The notes under the pieces were generated by a model. The model made no database searches. It was not told where the DNA came from and saw nothing but the letters and a program-made list of their open reading frames with translations. The position numbers were made by a program, and so were the translations under genes. DNA of 64,000 nt from Phoronis australis (lineage: Eukaryota > Animalia > Phoronida): positions 62,001 through 126,000 of the forward strand of contig NMRA01000188.1 of the NCBI GenBank assembly GCA_002633005.1. The letters run 5' to 3'. The stretch's first letter is position 1. Each line of letters starts with the position of its first letter. Shown piece by piece: positions 1 to 12,890 of this stretch.

Positions 1-1790
1 ATTCGTCACTGATATTCACTGGAACGTGCAGCATAATTTCTAATAACAATACATTGTGATCAGGAATTTTTGCCTTTTCTGACAGTAGTCCCAGTAAATG
101 ATGTTTGTCAACTACCTCTGTACAAGCATGGACCTAAAATTTAAGACAAGACGACAAGACTGGGGCGACTCATGGGGGACAATAAAGTACAATCTACGAC
201 CGCTCTTCCTCTATTACTTATTGAGGTGAAGTTGTCTTTACTTATCTTTTTCCTACCATTCACTATGCAAGTTTTAGAGCCGAACAAAAAGTCAATCAAA
301 CTTCTACCATGACTATTTACAGCTTTATAAATTACGACTCGTTTATTTACTTAACAAAAAAAAACATCTGGAAGGTAATCATTCAAGTTACCCACTATCT
401 AGTTAAAATCTCCACATATAACAATGTCATCTGCAATATCTGCATGTAAATATAACTGGCATAATAGATGGCTATAGGAACTATCCGGATCACAACCCCT
501 TGAAGAGTTCTCAGGTGGTAAATAGCTACAAAATACAATTATACAATAGTCTGAGCGTATATGAGTTAGTCTTAAAGCTAATATACCATCACACGACTTA
601 TCAACAATATCAATTTTAAATGTTTTAAACAAATCATTTTTAACAAATATTCCTTCCCCACCCAAACCTCTTGAGGCCCCGTGTTTATAAGCTGCCTATT
701 GTGTCCGTACCAACAATAACCGGGCAAGGTAATAGATTTATTTGTATGTAAATGAGTTTCTACCACCCCTATGATGTGGGCGTTGAATGTAGACAGCAGT
801 TGTTCACGGAGCAATGCATTGTTGCTAATCCAACCACAGACATTGGCCTCGCAAATCCTCAAAAGCTGTCCTATTCTGCATCACGAATTGTTTTATTCCC
901 CGAGTCAGCCTCCTCACCTGTGGCCATTCTCACACTTCGACCATTTGAGAGGATCTTGAATTCCTTGTTGTTCGGCAAAGTTTCCATGATTGTTTTGAAG
1001 TTTATTTCAATTAACCTTTCAGTGTGAGATTTGCTTCCACGAACAAAAACTCGTTGAAATAAAGGCGTGCCCTTTAATTTTTGCTTGTTACGCAGCACTA
1101 GAGGTTTTTGAGCCAGTGACTCAACAGCAAATTTGGTCAAGGGAGGTCTTGTACTCCCCTGTCGAGAGTTCAGACGGGTGCAATCCAGTAAGGTCACATC
1201 TGAAGACAGGCCTATGCTATATAACAGTTATTCAATCACTTCACGTAAAGGTCGACTATGCCTGATGCGATAATACACAAGTCATTGTTTTTTCGAAGGG
1301 TCGTTCTGAATGACTAATTCTCAACCATGCGTGTAATGCTTTTCCAACGCGCTGACACGGTTTTCGAGACTTGCAAAGTCCATATCAATATCCGCCTTGA
1401 AGGATTTTAGCTCGATATCAATAGAATTTGTAATCTCATTGCGTATTTTATCCATTTTGGATTCAAACGTTTTTCTAAGCCCATGTTGAGCAGACTTTAG
1501 ATTTCGGATTTCTTTCATTATGAGTTCAGATATCTCACCTTGATGATCACGTGGAGCTGGGGAGGTCGGCATGCTTGATATAGCTTCACTAATTGTAGGC
1601 TGAGAATTAAACTTTTTTCTACCTTGATCACCTGTACGGTTCATAGTTGTCCTTAACTCGCTACTGTCCTTGCTTGGTTTACGTTTACGTACAATTTGCC
1701 ACTCGGAAACATCCATTGAGTGGGAGCCAATTTAAAAGGTTGCCGCCATTGTTCGAGCATGCGCACTCTGATATGTTAGACACCAGCCTC
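1..1790 (-). mobile_element. 5' part of a decayed CR1/L2-group LINE: ORF1 (1716-871, broken) and APE endonuclease of ORF2 (862 to window edge, frameshifted)
   Basis: APE motifs across ORFs 578..862 and 399..665: ICEANVCG, IIGVVETHL, LPGYCWYGHNR, G-G-GIFVK, YLPP, IVICGDFN. Upstream coiled-coil ORF1 (1321..1716) and an ORF1 C-terminal piece (871..1197). Stops and frameshifts present. Confidence 0.85.
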
Positions 1791-1791
1791 C

Positions 1792-1932
1792 CGTTCAGTA
1801 ACGCTAGGACCTCGTTAAAAAGCAAGACTTCGCGAGATTACGTGAGATATTGCCATGCATTTCAAATGACAACACGTGATTTTGACTAGGTTTTAGCTAG
1901 GTCCTAGCGTAGGTCCTAGCGTCTACTGAACG
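1792..1932. mobile_element. Small MITE-like inverted-repeat element
   Basis: cgttcagta-acgctaggacct (1792-1812) is the reverse complement of aggtcctagcgtctactgaacg (1911-1932), apart from one indel. Confidence 0.55.
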
Positions 1933-3149
1933 CACGCCAGGTGTCAATGCCATATGATCAGAACAACCAATCAAATGCCGGGAAAATGTTGTAGCCATAC
2001 TGTTCCCATTCCCAAGTCGTCTGCTTCATGGAACCATTCACCAGACGACAACCGGCTGATGTCCTGCTGGCTTGATTAACTTGTATACAGCTACTGTCTA
2101 CATTGGATAATATTGAATCTTGCATGGGTGTGCAAGTAATTGGCAATTGCCAAGGGCCAAGACTCATAAACCAGCAGGAAGCAGTTAGGAATTGAGGAAA
2201 GACTGTAGCCAAGTGGCAAGTGTCATCATACTGACATGCAATTCTTGGCCCCTTTTCTGAATTATGTTGTGTTTCGCAAAACAGCAGTTTTAGGCCATAT
2301 AGGACACTGTCAAAACCATGAATTATTGAATGACTGTGTGACTTCCCAATAGACTTCCTGCCCCTTGTTGCATTCATGTCTCAGATTCTTTTCACAATTC
2401 TGAGCTCTTAGAATTTTTTTAACATCACGTGGTCTAAGGCTACTGAAAACATTGAGTCCAAGTAATGTATTATTCCTGAAAAGATTTCGTTTTTTGTGAA
2501 ACAACAGAGCTCTCCTATCACAAGCAGTGTTACAGACACTTTCCGGATGTAACAAAAATTGAAAGAGCTCTTAAAAAAGACCAAACCTACTAAAAAAATC
2601 AAGGAAATTGTCAATATCAGTTCCATTTAACAGTGCTAAAAGAAATGTATATGCGTTACCACCATAATGTATCATTTGCCACAAATCAAAAGTCCATCAC
2701 AGAGATCTTTACAGACAAAACAAATCTTGAAAATGTATCCAAGTTCCAAACTGTTACTTGTAAATAGGCCTACCTATTCTTCATTCGAGCAGCTGTCTTT
2801 TATGGTACAAAATCTTTAGTTTAGGCCAGAGAAAACACAATATTTTACTTCATAAATTTGAGGTATTGGCCGTCCCAATTTCAAATGTGCTGGCAGTAGA
2901 TTTTTCCTAAATGTGAGTGATCAGCACTGCTTTTTATGGACCTTCAGGCCTAATTTCAGATCCTTTTATGTGAAAATACTAACAATGTTTGGAATTTGAG
3001 AAATGCCAGTGTTCTGTAATTCATTATCATGAAAATTCAAATACGGCTCATATTTCAGTGTCTCACATTTTGAATTGGAGAATTTTTTTGCGTGCGGTAA
3101 ATAATACACTTTCAATTTCACACAGAAACTATTGCCAAAATGACTATTC

Positions 3150-4526
3150 CATTTTCAAAGGCTGAATTACAATGTGACGGATGATAAACTATATAGTGCA
3201 ATCAATGCTAGTAATGATGTTATTTTTTCTTACTGCTTACTTTTGCTGAGCATTTTGACAAAATAAAATCCAAGTCGTTGTCCATACCGTGTGCTTAAGT
3301 GGAGAGCATTCAGGTTATCTGTTTCAGTATTAAGGATTAGTGTAACAAGGCTGAAATGTTCAGGTTGACTGATTTTTTTATTGCGGGTAGGGTCAGGCTT
3401 GCAGAGAACTTCGCCATTAAAGTTGGTTTCAACATTTGTGTTTCCTGATCAACTAATGAAGACACTGAACTGTTTGATTGTAAGTTTCATGGCGACTCAT
3501 CATCAACAGTTGAGGAAGCACGATACCACATGTACGTATTCAGGTTGAAATCTGTGATGGGATCATCTCTGCCTCCTAATCATGAGTGTTTGCTTTAACG
3601 TGCCAAAAGAGTAAACTTCCTGTGTGCCATTCACAAGTGAGCCTTTGCAACAACATGTCAGTGCACTATCACCAGTTGTTAATGGGTGGGTTTTGGAGCA
3701 GAATAGTCTGAAGTTCCACTGGATTACTTTGCCTTTAGCCCCAGAAAATGTCATGAAAATGTTAATTGCAAGTGTAAAAAGAGTGATTGTAGTACAAAAA
3801 TGTGCTCTTCTTTGAAGTCGGGCATGGCATGTTCTAAGTTGTGTGACTGTCGAGATTGTGTGAACACAGCGTCTCAAGAAACAATTTTTGGTGACAGTAA
3901 CGATGATATAAATGATGGTGTGGATGAAGAAATATAATAAGAGTGTGCTATGTTGTTAAAGAACTTTAACTTTGTAGCCTAATCGAAAACATTGAAAACG
4001 TTTTATCATGCTCGTGGCTGTCAGGACTGTTTGGTGTATCTTTCCTTGTGAGAGTTGACAATAAACTGCAATGTGGATAATGATAATTAATTGTAACAAT
4101 TAATGAAAATGATGACAGTGAATTCATTGGAGAAGCGTTGGAAATGTATGTTGTTCATATGTAGGTTGAAATATAAAATCTTCATCAAGTTAAAAATGGT
4201 TAACAGTAAGTTGTTCTTTAGTAGAAGTTCAGAGTGTAGCAGTATGCTTTCTGGCTTTCTTGTCCAATAACTTTAAATGAACGAAGCCCAGTTTTTGTCT
4301 AGTATTGTTGTTTCTTGAGAAATGGTTTTCTGTGCCAAATTTTGCAAAAGCTCAGATTTTTTAGGTCAAATTTCTCACTGACGTTCATGTCAAACCTTGG
4401 AAACTTTTTAGGTTCCTAAAGTATAGTACTTCCTGACCTTAAAAACAACAAAAATTACATGTATCTTGCCCCGAAAAAGGTAGCCACGAAAGTGGTTTTC
4501 TAGGCTTCCTAGAGTCGAATGGACTA
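3150..4526 (+). mobile_element. Decayed AcademX DNA transposon, 3' part
   Basis: Frameshifted LPP...RAKRVNF...SPVVNGW...HWITLPLAPENV, then the Cys-rich finger CKCKKSDCSTKMCSSLKSGMACSKLCDCRDC (~3767-3860) and an acidic tail. Same architecture as 31.9-32.2 kb. Candidate terminus ...gtcgaatggacta at ~4526. Confidence 0.6.
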
Positions 4527-4850
4527 AGGTCTATTAGTCAATTCTAGAAAATCCATGATTCATTTCCTTTTGATGTTAGTTTTCCACCTTATATTGATTG
4601 ACATTGCAAGTTAGTTAGTAGCATAGTTAATTACTTGATTAGCTAATTAGTTCATCAATTAGCCAATTAATACATGATTTTGCTACCGTACTAGAGCTGA
4701 GGCGGTGCTTGGTGATGTGGATATATCTTAAGGAAATTGTAAACTTTCGAAAGTATTGTAACACACCTCTATGTCTTCAAGTTACGACTACCAGATTGGC
4801 AGCGGTAGTGCACAAGGGGCTTCCCAAATCCCCGAATCGCAAGCAGATGA

Positions 4851-5011
4851 CAGTGGCGGATTTAAGGGGCACCAAGGGGGACATGCCCCCCTAAAATTCT
4901 CCAAGATTCCATTTCACAGTTCTGGGTTGCGAATGTCTGACGGGCAAAATCGTAGTATCTAATGCTCTGTCCTGCTCCCCCCTCCAACTCAAAATCCTGG
5001 ATCCGCCCCTG
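4851..5011. mobile_element. hAT-like MITE (161 bp) with 5-bp TSD
   Basis: TIRs cagtggcggat / atccgcccctg, flanked by direct GATGA at 4846-4850 and 5012-5016. Related copies at ~6622-6780 and ~54214-54372. Confidence 0.75.
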
Positions 5012-5120
5012 GATGATCCTCCATTTGGTGCCATCAGACCGTAGAATGTATCAAAAATATACATAACGTTTGTTCGAAACAAGTCTAAATTTTCTGCATT
5101 TTTAGGAAACAGACATTCGT

Positions 5121-5896
5121 ATAGTTCTAAAGCCCCTTGGACCCCTTCAACCCCCACACACATCGACTCTCTTATCCCATGACCCCCACGACCTGTGGCA
5201 ATAGTGGTGATTTTGCGATTTTTACATATTGCACAACCATATTACGTCGCTGAATGACTTTACCATCAGACATACCTACACGCAAGTCTGCTCTGGCTCA
5301 ACTCTGGTGATTAAAAATAGAAAGTGGCGTGAGAACGTGATCTGAAATAGCGCATTTTGAGCGCGCTATCTTTAGTACGGAAATAGGTCCACGAGCGGCT
5401 ACCAATGATGGGCAAGGCCCAGTTCTATTAAAGTTAGGGAAAGAGTACGTTAACGTGAATCTACATTCTTTCACATTTTTTGATATGCTTACTGTTTTAT
5501 ACTCGTTTACAATATACTCCATATAACGTTGAAATACTTTTTAGTAAACAGCTTGTTTTTTCAAACTGCATTTACTGATGAAATTACAGTTTCGCCTGTT
5601 CCTGGAATTCTCCACAAAAATTACGCTCTGGTGTTAACGATATTTGTAACATGTGTAGGTCGTTCATTTGATTTGGTCGCGTTGTTTGTTTGTTTTTGGC
5701 TTTCAAACTTGCCGAATAGACTTTCTTAAGTGCAAAAAACAGGAAAAAGTCAGCCGAGCTCACGGCCCAACCCGTTGGTCCTGCAAGTCGGTGCTTGTTC
5801 TATGTGCAGATCTATTCGAGCTTGTGTAGACGGTCAAGGGGGTCGTGGGTCGAGGGCTGTGGGGGTCGAGGGGGTCAAAGGGGTGTTAGACTTTCT
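5121..5896 (+). mobile_element. Foldback-type MITE with C-rich/G-rich subterminal short repeats
   Basis: Left end is built of (c)gacccc repeats and right end of ggg(g)tcg(a/t)ggg repeats. An inverted copy lies at 12075-12890, with paralogs at 47337-47680 and 56120-56842 + 61050-61130. Confidence 0.7.
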
Positions 5897-6621
5897 ACTC
5901 TTGGCCCTTGGTTTCATAGCAAGAAATGTCACCGAAACAAACGAATGCAACAATTGCCGCGCACGCGTTGCGCAATCTCAAACTTGCGTGATTAGTCATG
6001 TTATAACACAGCGGTGCATTCGACGATTTTTTCCATACTCGTGTCAATTTTACATAAAACGTAATCTAGTTATCAGCACGAAATAAGTCAACATACCTTG
6101 ATGATAATGAATAACCTCGAGAGCAGGATACCACCAGTGGTTAATTTCAAAGTGTCAATTGCAATTTCAGCAACATAATATATTGCTGATCGCATTTTAA
6201 CATACTGGTACTTAAACTGAGTTGTGAATATTAAATTATTGTAATAGCAATAATAGCTATAATAGCGATTCAAAGCATTGCCAGATTTAGACCTTGGGAG
6301 GTGCTTTGCAGTTCAAGCAATACCTAATCACACAAATTCTGCTTAATATATACAACACTGCTACTCCGACTGTAAACAGCAGACACAAACGTCAACGTGA
6401 CTGGAAACAAAATCCGAGTTTGCTATGAGAACGTATTCCGCATGAAGTAAATGAGTATAGAAACAATCTACAACTTAAGAGACCTTGTGTTGAGAAAAAG
6501 TCACGTGGAAGTAGCTTATGACATTTACAACATTTTCTAAACTTCTTTTCAGCAAACTGTTTGATGATGTCGTGAACATCGTTTTTTTAAAGACACTCCT
6601 CTGACCATCTGGAAGACACAG

Positions 6622-6780
6622 CCAGTGTCGAATTTAGAGGGGCCCAAGGGGGCTATGTTCCCCTCATAAAATTCCCCCAGATAACATTTGACAGTTCTGG
6701 AGTGCGACTGTCGCACGGGCAAAATCCTCGCTAATACTCTGCCCTGAACCGCCTCACTCAAAATTCTGGATTCGCCTCAG
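6622..6780. mobile_element. hAT-like MITE, same family as 4851-5011
   Basis: Alignable with 4851-5011 over its full length; flanks acagc / atagc are a degenerate 5-bp TSD. Confidence 0.65.
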
Positions 6781-8244
6781 ATAGCGGGCTTAGTCTGTCA
6801 TACATCATAGTCACTCTGAGGTGATTGTTTTCTAATCCCGGTGTGCATGCTGAATGATCGCTCCGCTCAACAGTTCGTTACCATCATAGATTCCTCTGTC
6901 GCCGACGAACATTATGGCGTCAACGATACGTTGAAGTACCTCAGGCCTATATTTCTTGTTCTCTTGTTCTTTCTGTTGGAATTCCCCTTCAACGTAATTG
7001 ATTTTTCACCACGAAGATTTAATTTTAGTACAAAGTCTTCGTGGGATTGCCTATATTCGTAAATTTTCATCTCTTTAGCCTTTTACCTTCACTGGAAAAC
7101 CTGTTACGCTGACTGCACATACAAAATACAAAAAATATAACTGACTGTGCCATTTTTGCAAATGCTGCTCACCAAGTGCATTGTCACGGCGAGTATAAAA
7201 CCTCAGATATCTTATACGATATCAATGTATAAATGTTTCTAATATATCGGCTATCTCCATTCGGTCTGATTGCGTCAAGATTCTGTTTAGGAGTCAATTT
7301 CTGGCGTACTGTGAATGCTTTTGAGAAATGTTTTTCTGTGACACGAAACCAGGCCCGTAACCAGGGGGGGGGGGGTTCGAGGGGTTCGATCTACCCCCCT
7401 CTCCGCAAAGAGGTCCAGCCCCAGGCTATCCATTAAAGATAGTATTCACATGGACAACATTTTTTCCAGCTACTGGTACAACTAACTACACTGATAACTG
7501 AGTTAGTAATAATTGTGAATTTGTTTCTGATTCAATGCGCTTCACGTAACCATCTGGCCGAACGCGGCCAACTTCTCCCGAGTGGTTTTACGTAGATGAC
7601 AGGATCGTGCAGACGATTAGAGGAGGCTTTTTATTTCTCATACGCATTGAACGCACGTCGTTTTTACACCGTAGGGTAAGAACGGGGTCTAGAAGTAAAT
7701 GTCTATACCTAGCTAAGTTATACAGCAGCGAGAGAGCTCCCAAAAAGTAGTGTGATGTGAATGTCTTAAAATCGACCAAGAAACAAAACATCAGAAAATA
7801 GGTTTGTAATCTGATATTGTTTGCTAGCATAGTACGGTAGAAGGCAGGTGTTTTCAAATTTGAAATTGAAAGTGTCCGTCAAGAACAGTTATGTTTTTCA
7901 TCCAGTGTCCATTTCGATTGTGCATTGGTCTAATAGATTGACATGCAGGCGTGTACATGTGTGTGCGTTTCCGTCCTTTTTTCAGTAGAAGCCGACGGTA
8001 AGTTAACTATTGGCAGCCCTCCGTCGTTGCTTAAAAATCAGAATTTAACTATAACCGTGTTTTCTTGCACTGAGAAAACACCGACGAGCATGTTCACATT
8101 TTTGGGCAAAAGTACGTCTAGACTAAATAAAAATTTTGGTCAAAGAAGATAGACTTCTCAATCTTGTCAATAGTGTCAATGGTGCACAGCCTTACAGACT
8201 TCATACTATAGCAACTAACTTGTTGGAAAAGATTTCCAAGGCTA

Positions 8245-10440
8245 GATGCCACTATTCCGAAGGTTCGCTACTCCGAAGGGCTATTACTCCGAAGGTTCGT
8301 CACCTTCAAAAGTTCATTACTTCGAATGTATACATATTTCATTGAAGACACGACTTTGATCTGTTTTTACTAGTTTAATTTCAGTTCTTTCCAACTCTCT
8401 AAATAGAGATCTTGTCTTTACATCTCAACAGGGCAATAAAAGTCCAAACGACATCAGTAGGTAACATAATTTAAAAAGCGATATTTGGAGACACATATCT
8501 CATCTTCAGGCTACTATTTACAACTAGTTCACAGTAAAACACATATCAGAAATGACAAAGGCAATATAACACGTGAAATTGGCATGCGCAACTATGACGA
8601 TAAAACGATATATAACGCCCCTCGGGCGATAATTCTCCAAAATCCATTCGGACTCTAGATAACGGGGGATAAGTTCGCCATGTACTAATCTATGTATACG
8701 TTGCTGTGCAAGGTAATCTACAGATCACTTAAATAATGATAGAGTCCTTTGAGTTCCAGTTAGCTGCTCATTCAAACTGGGTTTTTCAAACATTATTAGA
8801 AGCGACTCTAATATTCGTAACCTGTGTACTTCGAATGTCCACAATTCCAAAACCAGAACTTGGACATTTTTTTTCTTAATTATAAGCACAGCCCCAGGAG
8901 TCGCATTCGAGACTAACACCCTTGTATACATTCACCAGTAAGACCAAGCTCTGAGGAGTGGGAGACAATGCTCGATTGTAAACCAGTGAAGCGATTAGAA
9001 ACCAGGTCTCCCAAACAGGAGTCCCGACCTCAAAACACTCCACTAAGCCACACAGTTGATTAGTCTGATTGTCTGCTAATGAGTCGTAACAGACATGAAT
9101 AAAGTATTGCATTTGTGTCCATTTAGTAACCATTTAAAGGGCGTGCAAAAGTTGGATAGTTCTTAATACATTGATTTCATTGTTCACAAATGAGCTCAGT
9201 TCCAACCACTCCCAATCGTGATTCTAACGACTCATTCTCAAGCATGGACAACATCTGGGGCAAGAGATAGGGCTGTGGCGATCAACGGTTTTAATTTAAG
9301 AAGACTGGAGGGGCTCTCTTCGTGAAGACTGGCAGGGACAGGGTAGCCTGCTTAGGAGGCACAGAACAGTTCTCACTGGGTTTTGCCCAGCAAAACTCAC
9401 ATCACTTAATTTGTCACCTTTTCTTCACTCTGTCAAAAACAGGATGCAAAGAATGACATGTTTTCAGTTATTTAACATAAAAAGCCCTGCAGATGAGCGC
9501 AGAAACTTTATTCTCTCTTGTATTTTTTACCCTTTCAATCCCATTGAAAACCAAGCTAGACTAAGAAAAATAGTGGCAAAAAAGTGCAAAATCGGCACGT
9601 TTCACCCAAAAAACACCACTTCCCTGCCGATGCAAGACTAAAACCAACAATAGATTCTGAAAGCAAATTTCCTACAAATTCCGAAAATGTGGTCCAAATG
9701 TACTGTCAACCAATTATTATGTTTTTTGGCAATTCTGGCTTGTTTAAGGGCTACCTAAAATCGCAGCCAATTTCTCAGTCGCTACCCAGCAATGCACAAT
9801 TGCAACCGGGGGCCGCTTTCTTGAAGAAGAGTGCAGCTACAGCCGAGAAAGTGGCCTTTTTTATCCTCAGTATGTTCACAAATGCAAACAAACCACATTC
9901 ACTGAGCCTACATGCAATGCCCATCTACAAAATGCCCCCAAACTTGGCCTACCCCAAAATTTTAATATTTTGAGAGTGCAAATTGGCCGCGGCCGCAGCC
10001 TAACTATTCAGTGCCACCTTACTACATTAAATTTCAAACCTGTCGTGTGCGTGGTGAAGTTCAGGCGCAGCGGCCCCAAACTTTTCAGTCGCGCTGTGAA
10101 ATGATGGTACCATGACATTGATTTGATGAATGTATCCGTCGTGGTTGATAATTCATCAATATTCCCATTCTATATTTTTTAAAATGCAATAACGTTCTCA
10201 TTTTTTCCTTGTTCGTAAGACATGCTGGCAATGACGCATGCGCATGAAACCCAAACAGAGTATCTTAGAACCCGGCCGTTGTTTTACTGGCATAGGTACA
10301 CCATTCAGTGTATGTAACAGCCGTAGTATCATTCATTTTTGCATGTAAATGTGTAGGTAATACACATGGGTTGAAAAAAATAGGTCTTTTCGTAATAGTG
10401 AATCTTCGAAGTAGTTAACCTTCGGATTGGCAAACCGAAT
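8245..10440. mobile_element. Nested TIR element with (ctactccgaagg)n subterminal repeats
   Basis: Tandem ~16-bp tccgaagg units at 8250-8330 and their reverse complements (cttcg...) at 10385-10440. Ends are approximate. Confidence 0.45.
8478..8870 (-). mobile_element. Penelope-like retroelement 3' fragment (GIY-YIG C-terminus plus degenerate hammerhead-like motif)
   Basis: ORF 8725..8931 ends LRILESLLIMFEKPSLNEQ, typical of the Penelope GIY-YIG end. Downstream on the minus strand: CTGAAGA-T-GAGA-tatgtg-TCTC-CAAA-TATC (8478-8510). Confidence 0.6.
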
Positions 10441-10899
10441 GGTGAGTAGTGGCTTGTTACGAATTCCAACGTCTCGTAAACAAATTAAGTAACACGCAAA
10501 AATATTAACTCGATAAAAAATTTCGTCGAGTTATTCTCCGACTAAATATTTCTGTCCAAATAGGTATAGTCACTCATTTAGGCATGCATAACTTGAAAAT
10601 TTGGCTGGAAGTAACTCGAGAACGTTTTAAACCACATTACATTGGAATCGAGTCCCGTTGTTTGCGAGCAACCGTCACGGCCGGCATCCTCATCTCTGGT
10701 ATTACATATTCCGCCTCACCTCAAAAACATAGAGCTGAGAGTCATCGTTGGGTATACAAGTTCCCCTTCCCCTGATTAAGCTGCGTCAACTGAGAGCCTG
10801 AATGAAAACTCCACAGTGTCGACGTTTGCACACTCAAAGGTCCACCGTTCAAGAAATTCACACCATCCCCTGCGCAGTGCTGGCTACAGGCCTAGAAAC

Positions 10900-11830
10900 T
10901 ATGCGAAAGGGTCAGAATGATTTGTCGTCTCTAAAGTATTTGTAGCACTAGCTGTACAACTCACCACTTTACTCTTTTGACTCGACTTTTTGCAGTCAGA
11001 ACTTTCTTTTAGTGTTGAAGGGATTCTTTAGATGTACTAAATTGTGCCAAGTCATCCCCTTTTGGTTTGGAACCGGAAGAAATTCTTTGAGTCGAGGTAT
11101 CCTGCATAGCACAGGAGTGTGTTTATACCTGCCTTTGGGAAATTTTATTTTCTGAACCCCAGACAGCTCAGTTGATGTGGCATCGTGTGTTCCGCCCTGG
11201 CAATGACATAAACGAGAACGTATACTGATGCTAAGCGCTGGGTGTAGTGCATGTATTTCTGTGCTCAAAAATGCCCATTACCCACATTAGACAAGTGACG
11301 AAAGGCCCGAATGGACCTCTTGATGTCAAGGTCGAAACATTTAAGCCAAAAAAGGCGTGGAACGGTTTTGGAGAAGGGCTGGAGGCGGCTGCAAATTCAG
11401 GTTGCACCGTTGAGGCAGACCCTTCTTACACAATGAGCTGTAGGGGTCATCCCAGGAAAAGGGAACCACCTGACGTAGGAGCCTCCTTTGTAATAGTAAA
11501 GCCCTTTGGAAAATTTTTTTGGCAATGATTTCTAATTTAGTTCATTCAAAGAATGACCCTCTAGAAGGTGGTTCTGAGGCACTTGCTCCTTTTGCACCTT
11601 CATAAATCATTGGAGAGTTTCCATATAAAGAAATATTGTGCAGGTCACTAAACTGGAACATTGGAGATTACAAATTACAGCTGAAGCAGAAGTTGGATCT
11701 GTAAAGGATTGTGAATTTTCTCGCCTTTTGTACATACGTCATTGCTCTGTGTACTGACTGTTTTATACCTGATGACGACTTTGAAAAATGTTGAAACGTC
11801 GTACCATGAGGCACAGCGTCTTGTTTTTGT
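10900..11830 (+). mobile_element. Highly decayed probable Penelope-like element with hammerhead-like motif (paralog 54995-55900)
   Basis: PFVVVK...SNLVHSK-like linker at ~11480-11550 (clearer in the 55530-55605 copy) and CTGATGA...GAAACGTC at 11769-11800. Confidence 0.35.
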
Positions 11831-12074
11831 GATTTAACTTTCCATAACTTACTACAGACAGGGCAGTTCTTTGGTACTAGCTGTAGCCTTGAAAAAGGAT
11901 AAGGTCATGTTTCTTGTAAGCTAAACCATAACTTTTTACAGATTATGTATGAAATTTAATTTTTCAATACTGAACTACACTGTCAACACATATACCTCTC
12001 TTCAGATAAATCAAATAATCCACATCATCAAGTACGACCGTAAAGAGCCTAACTTACCATCTACCTTCTTTGTC

Positions 12075-12890
12075 TGATAATTTTAAGACCCCTTCGACTC
12101 CCGCGACCCCCACATCCCTCGATACTCTCGACCCACGGCCCCCTCTACCCACAACCCCTTCACCCATGACGCACGACCCCAACCCACCTTGATCCAGTCT
12201 ACACAAGCTCGACTAGATCTGAACATAGTACAAGCGCTGACTTGCAACACCAATGAAGTGGTCCGTGAGCTCGGTTGGTTTTTCCCTGTTTTTGCAATTA
12301 AGAGAGCCTATTCGAAACCAACGTTACAATTGTCGTTCCCTGAAGAGTATAATCGTCTCGTCAGCTCTTCAGTGAATGACAGATTCAATTTTTGTGGAGA
12401 GTGAGAGGAGCCAGTGTAATTTCATCAGTATATGCAGTTTTAAAAACAATCAGTTTACTAAAAAGTATATTTCAACGTTTTATGGAGTATACTGTAAACG
12501 AGTATACAACATAAAGCAAATAATAAAAGTGTAAAATTATGTACATTTACGTTAAGGTACTCTCTTCCAAAGTTTAGTAGAACTGGGCCATTGGCAGCCG
12601 CTCGTGGAAATATTTCCATAATAACGATAGCGCGCTCACAACACGCTATTTCAAATCACGTTCTCATGCCACTTTCGGTTTTTAATCGCCAGTCTTGAGC
12701 AAGAGCAGAATCGCGTGTAGGCATGTCTTATAGGATGTAATACGATTATGCAAAATATAAAAATCGCAAAAGCACCTCTATTGTCACATGTCGTGGGTGA
12801 AGGGGGTCGAGGGTCGTGGGATCGAGGGGTTGTGTGTCGAAGGGGTCGTGGGTCGAGGTGTGTGGGGGTCGAAGGGGTTTTGGAACTATC
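12075..12890 (-). mobile_element. Foldback-type MITE, inverted copy of 5121-5896
   Basis: Internal sequence is the reverse complement of 5200-5830, e.g. gatagcgcgctca (12627) vs tgagcgcgctatc (5358). Confidence 0.75.

Larger units (their letters stand above)
7350..10894. mobile_element. 3.5-kb non-autonomous hAT-like element with 5-bp TSD and nested insertions
   Basis: TIRs caggcccgtaaccag / ctggctacaggccta; TSD GAAAC at 7345-7349 and 10895-10899. The empty site (a single gaaac) is present in the duplicate at ~54990. Confidence 0.8.

Noticed and set aside
1950-3150. Possible N-terminal part of the plus-strand Academ relic
   Set aside because: Too degraded to show diagnostic motifs.
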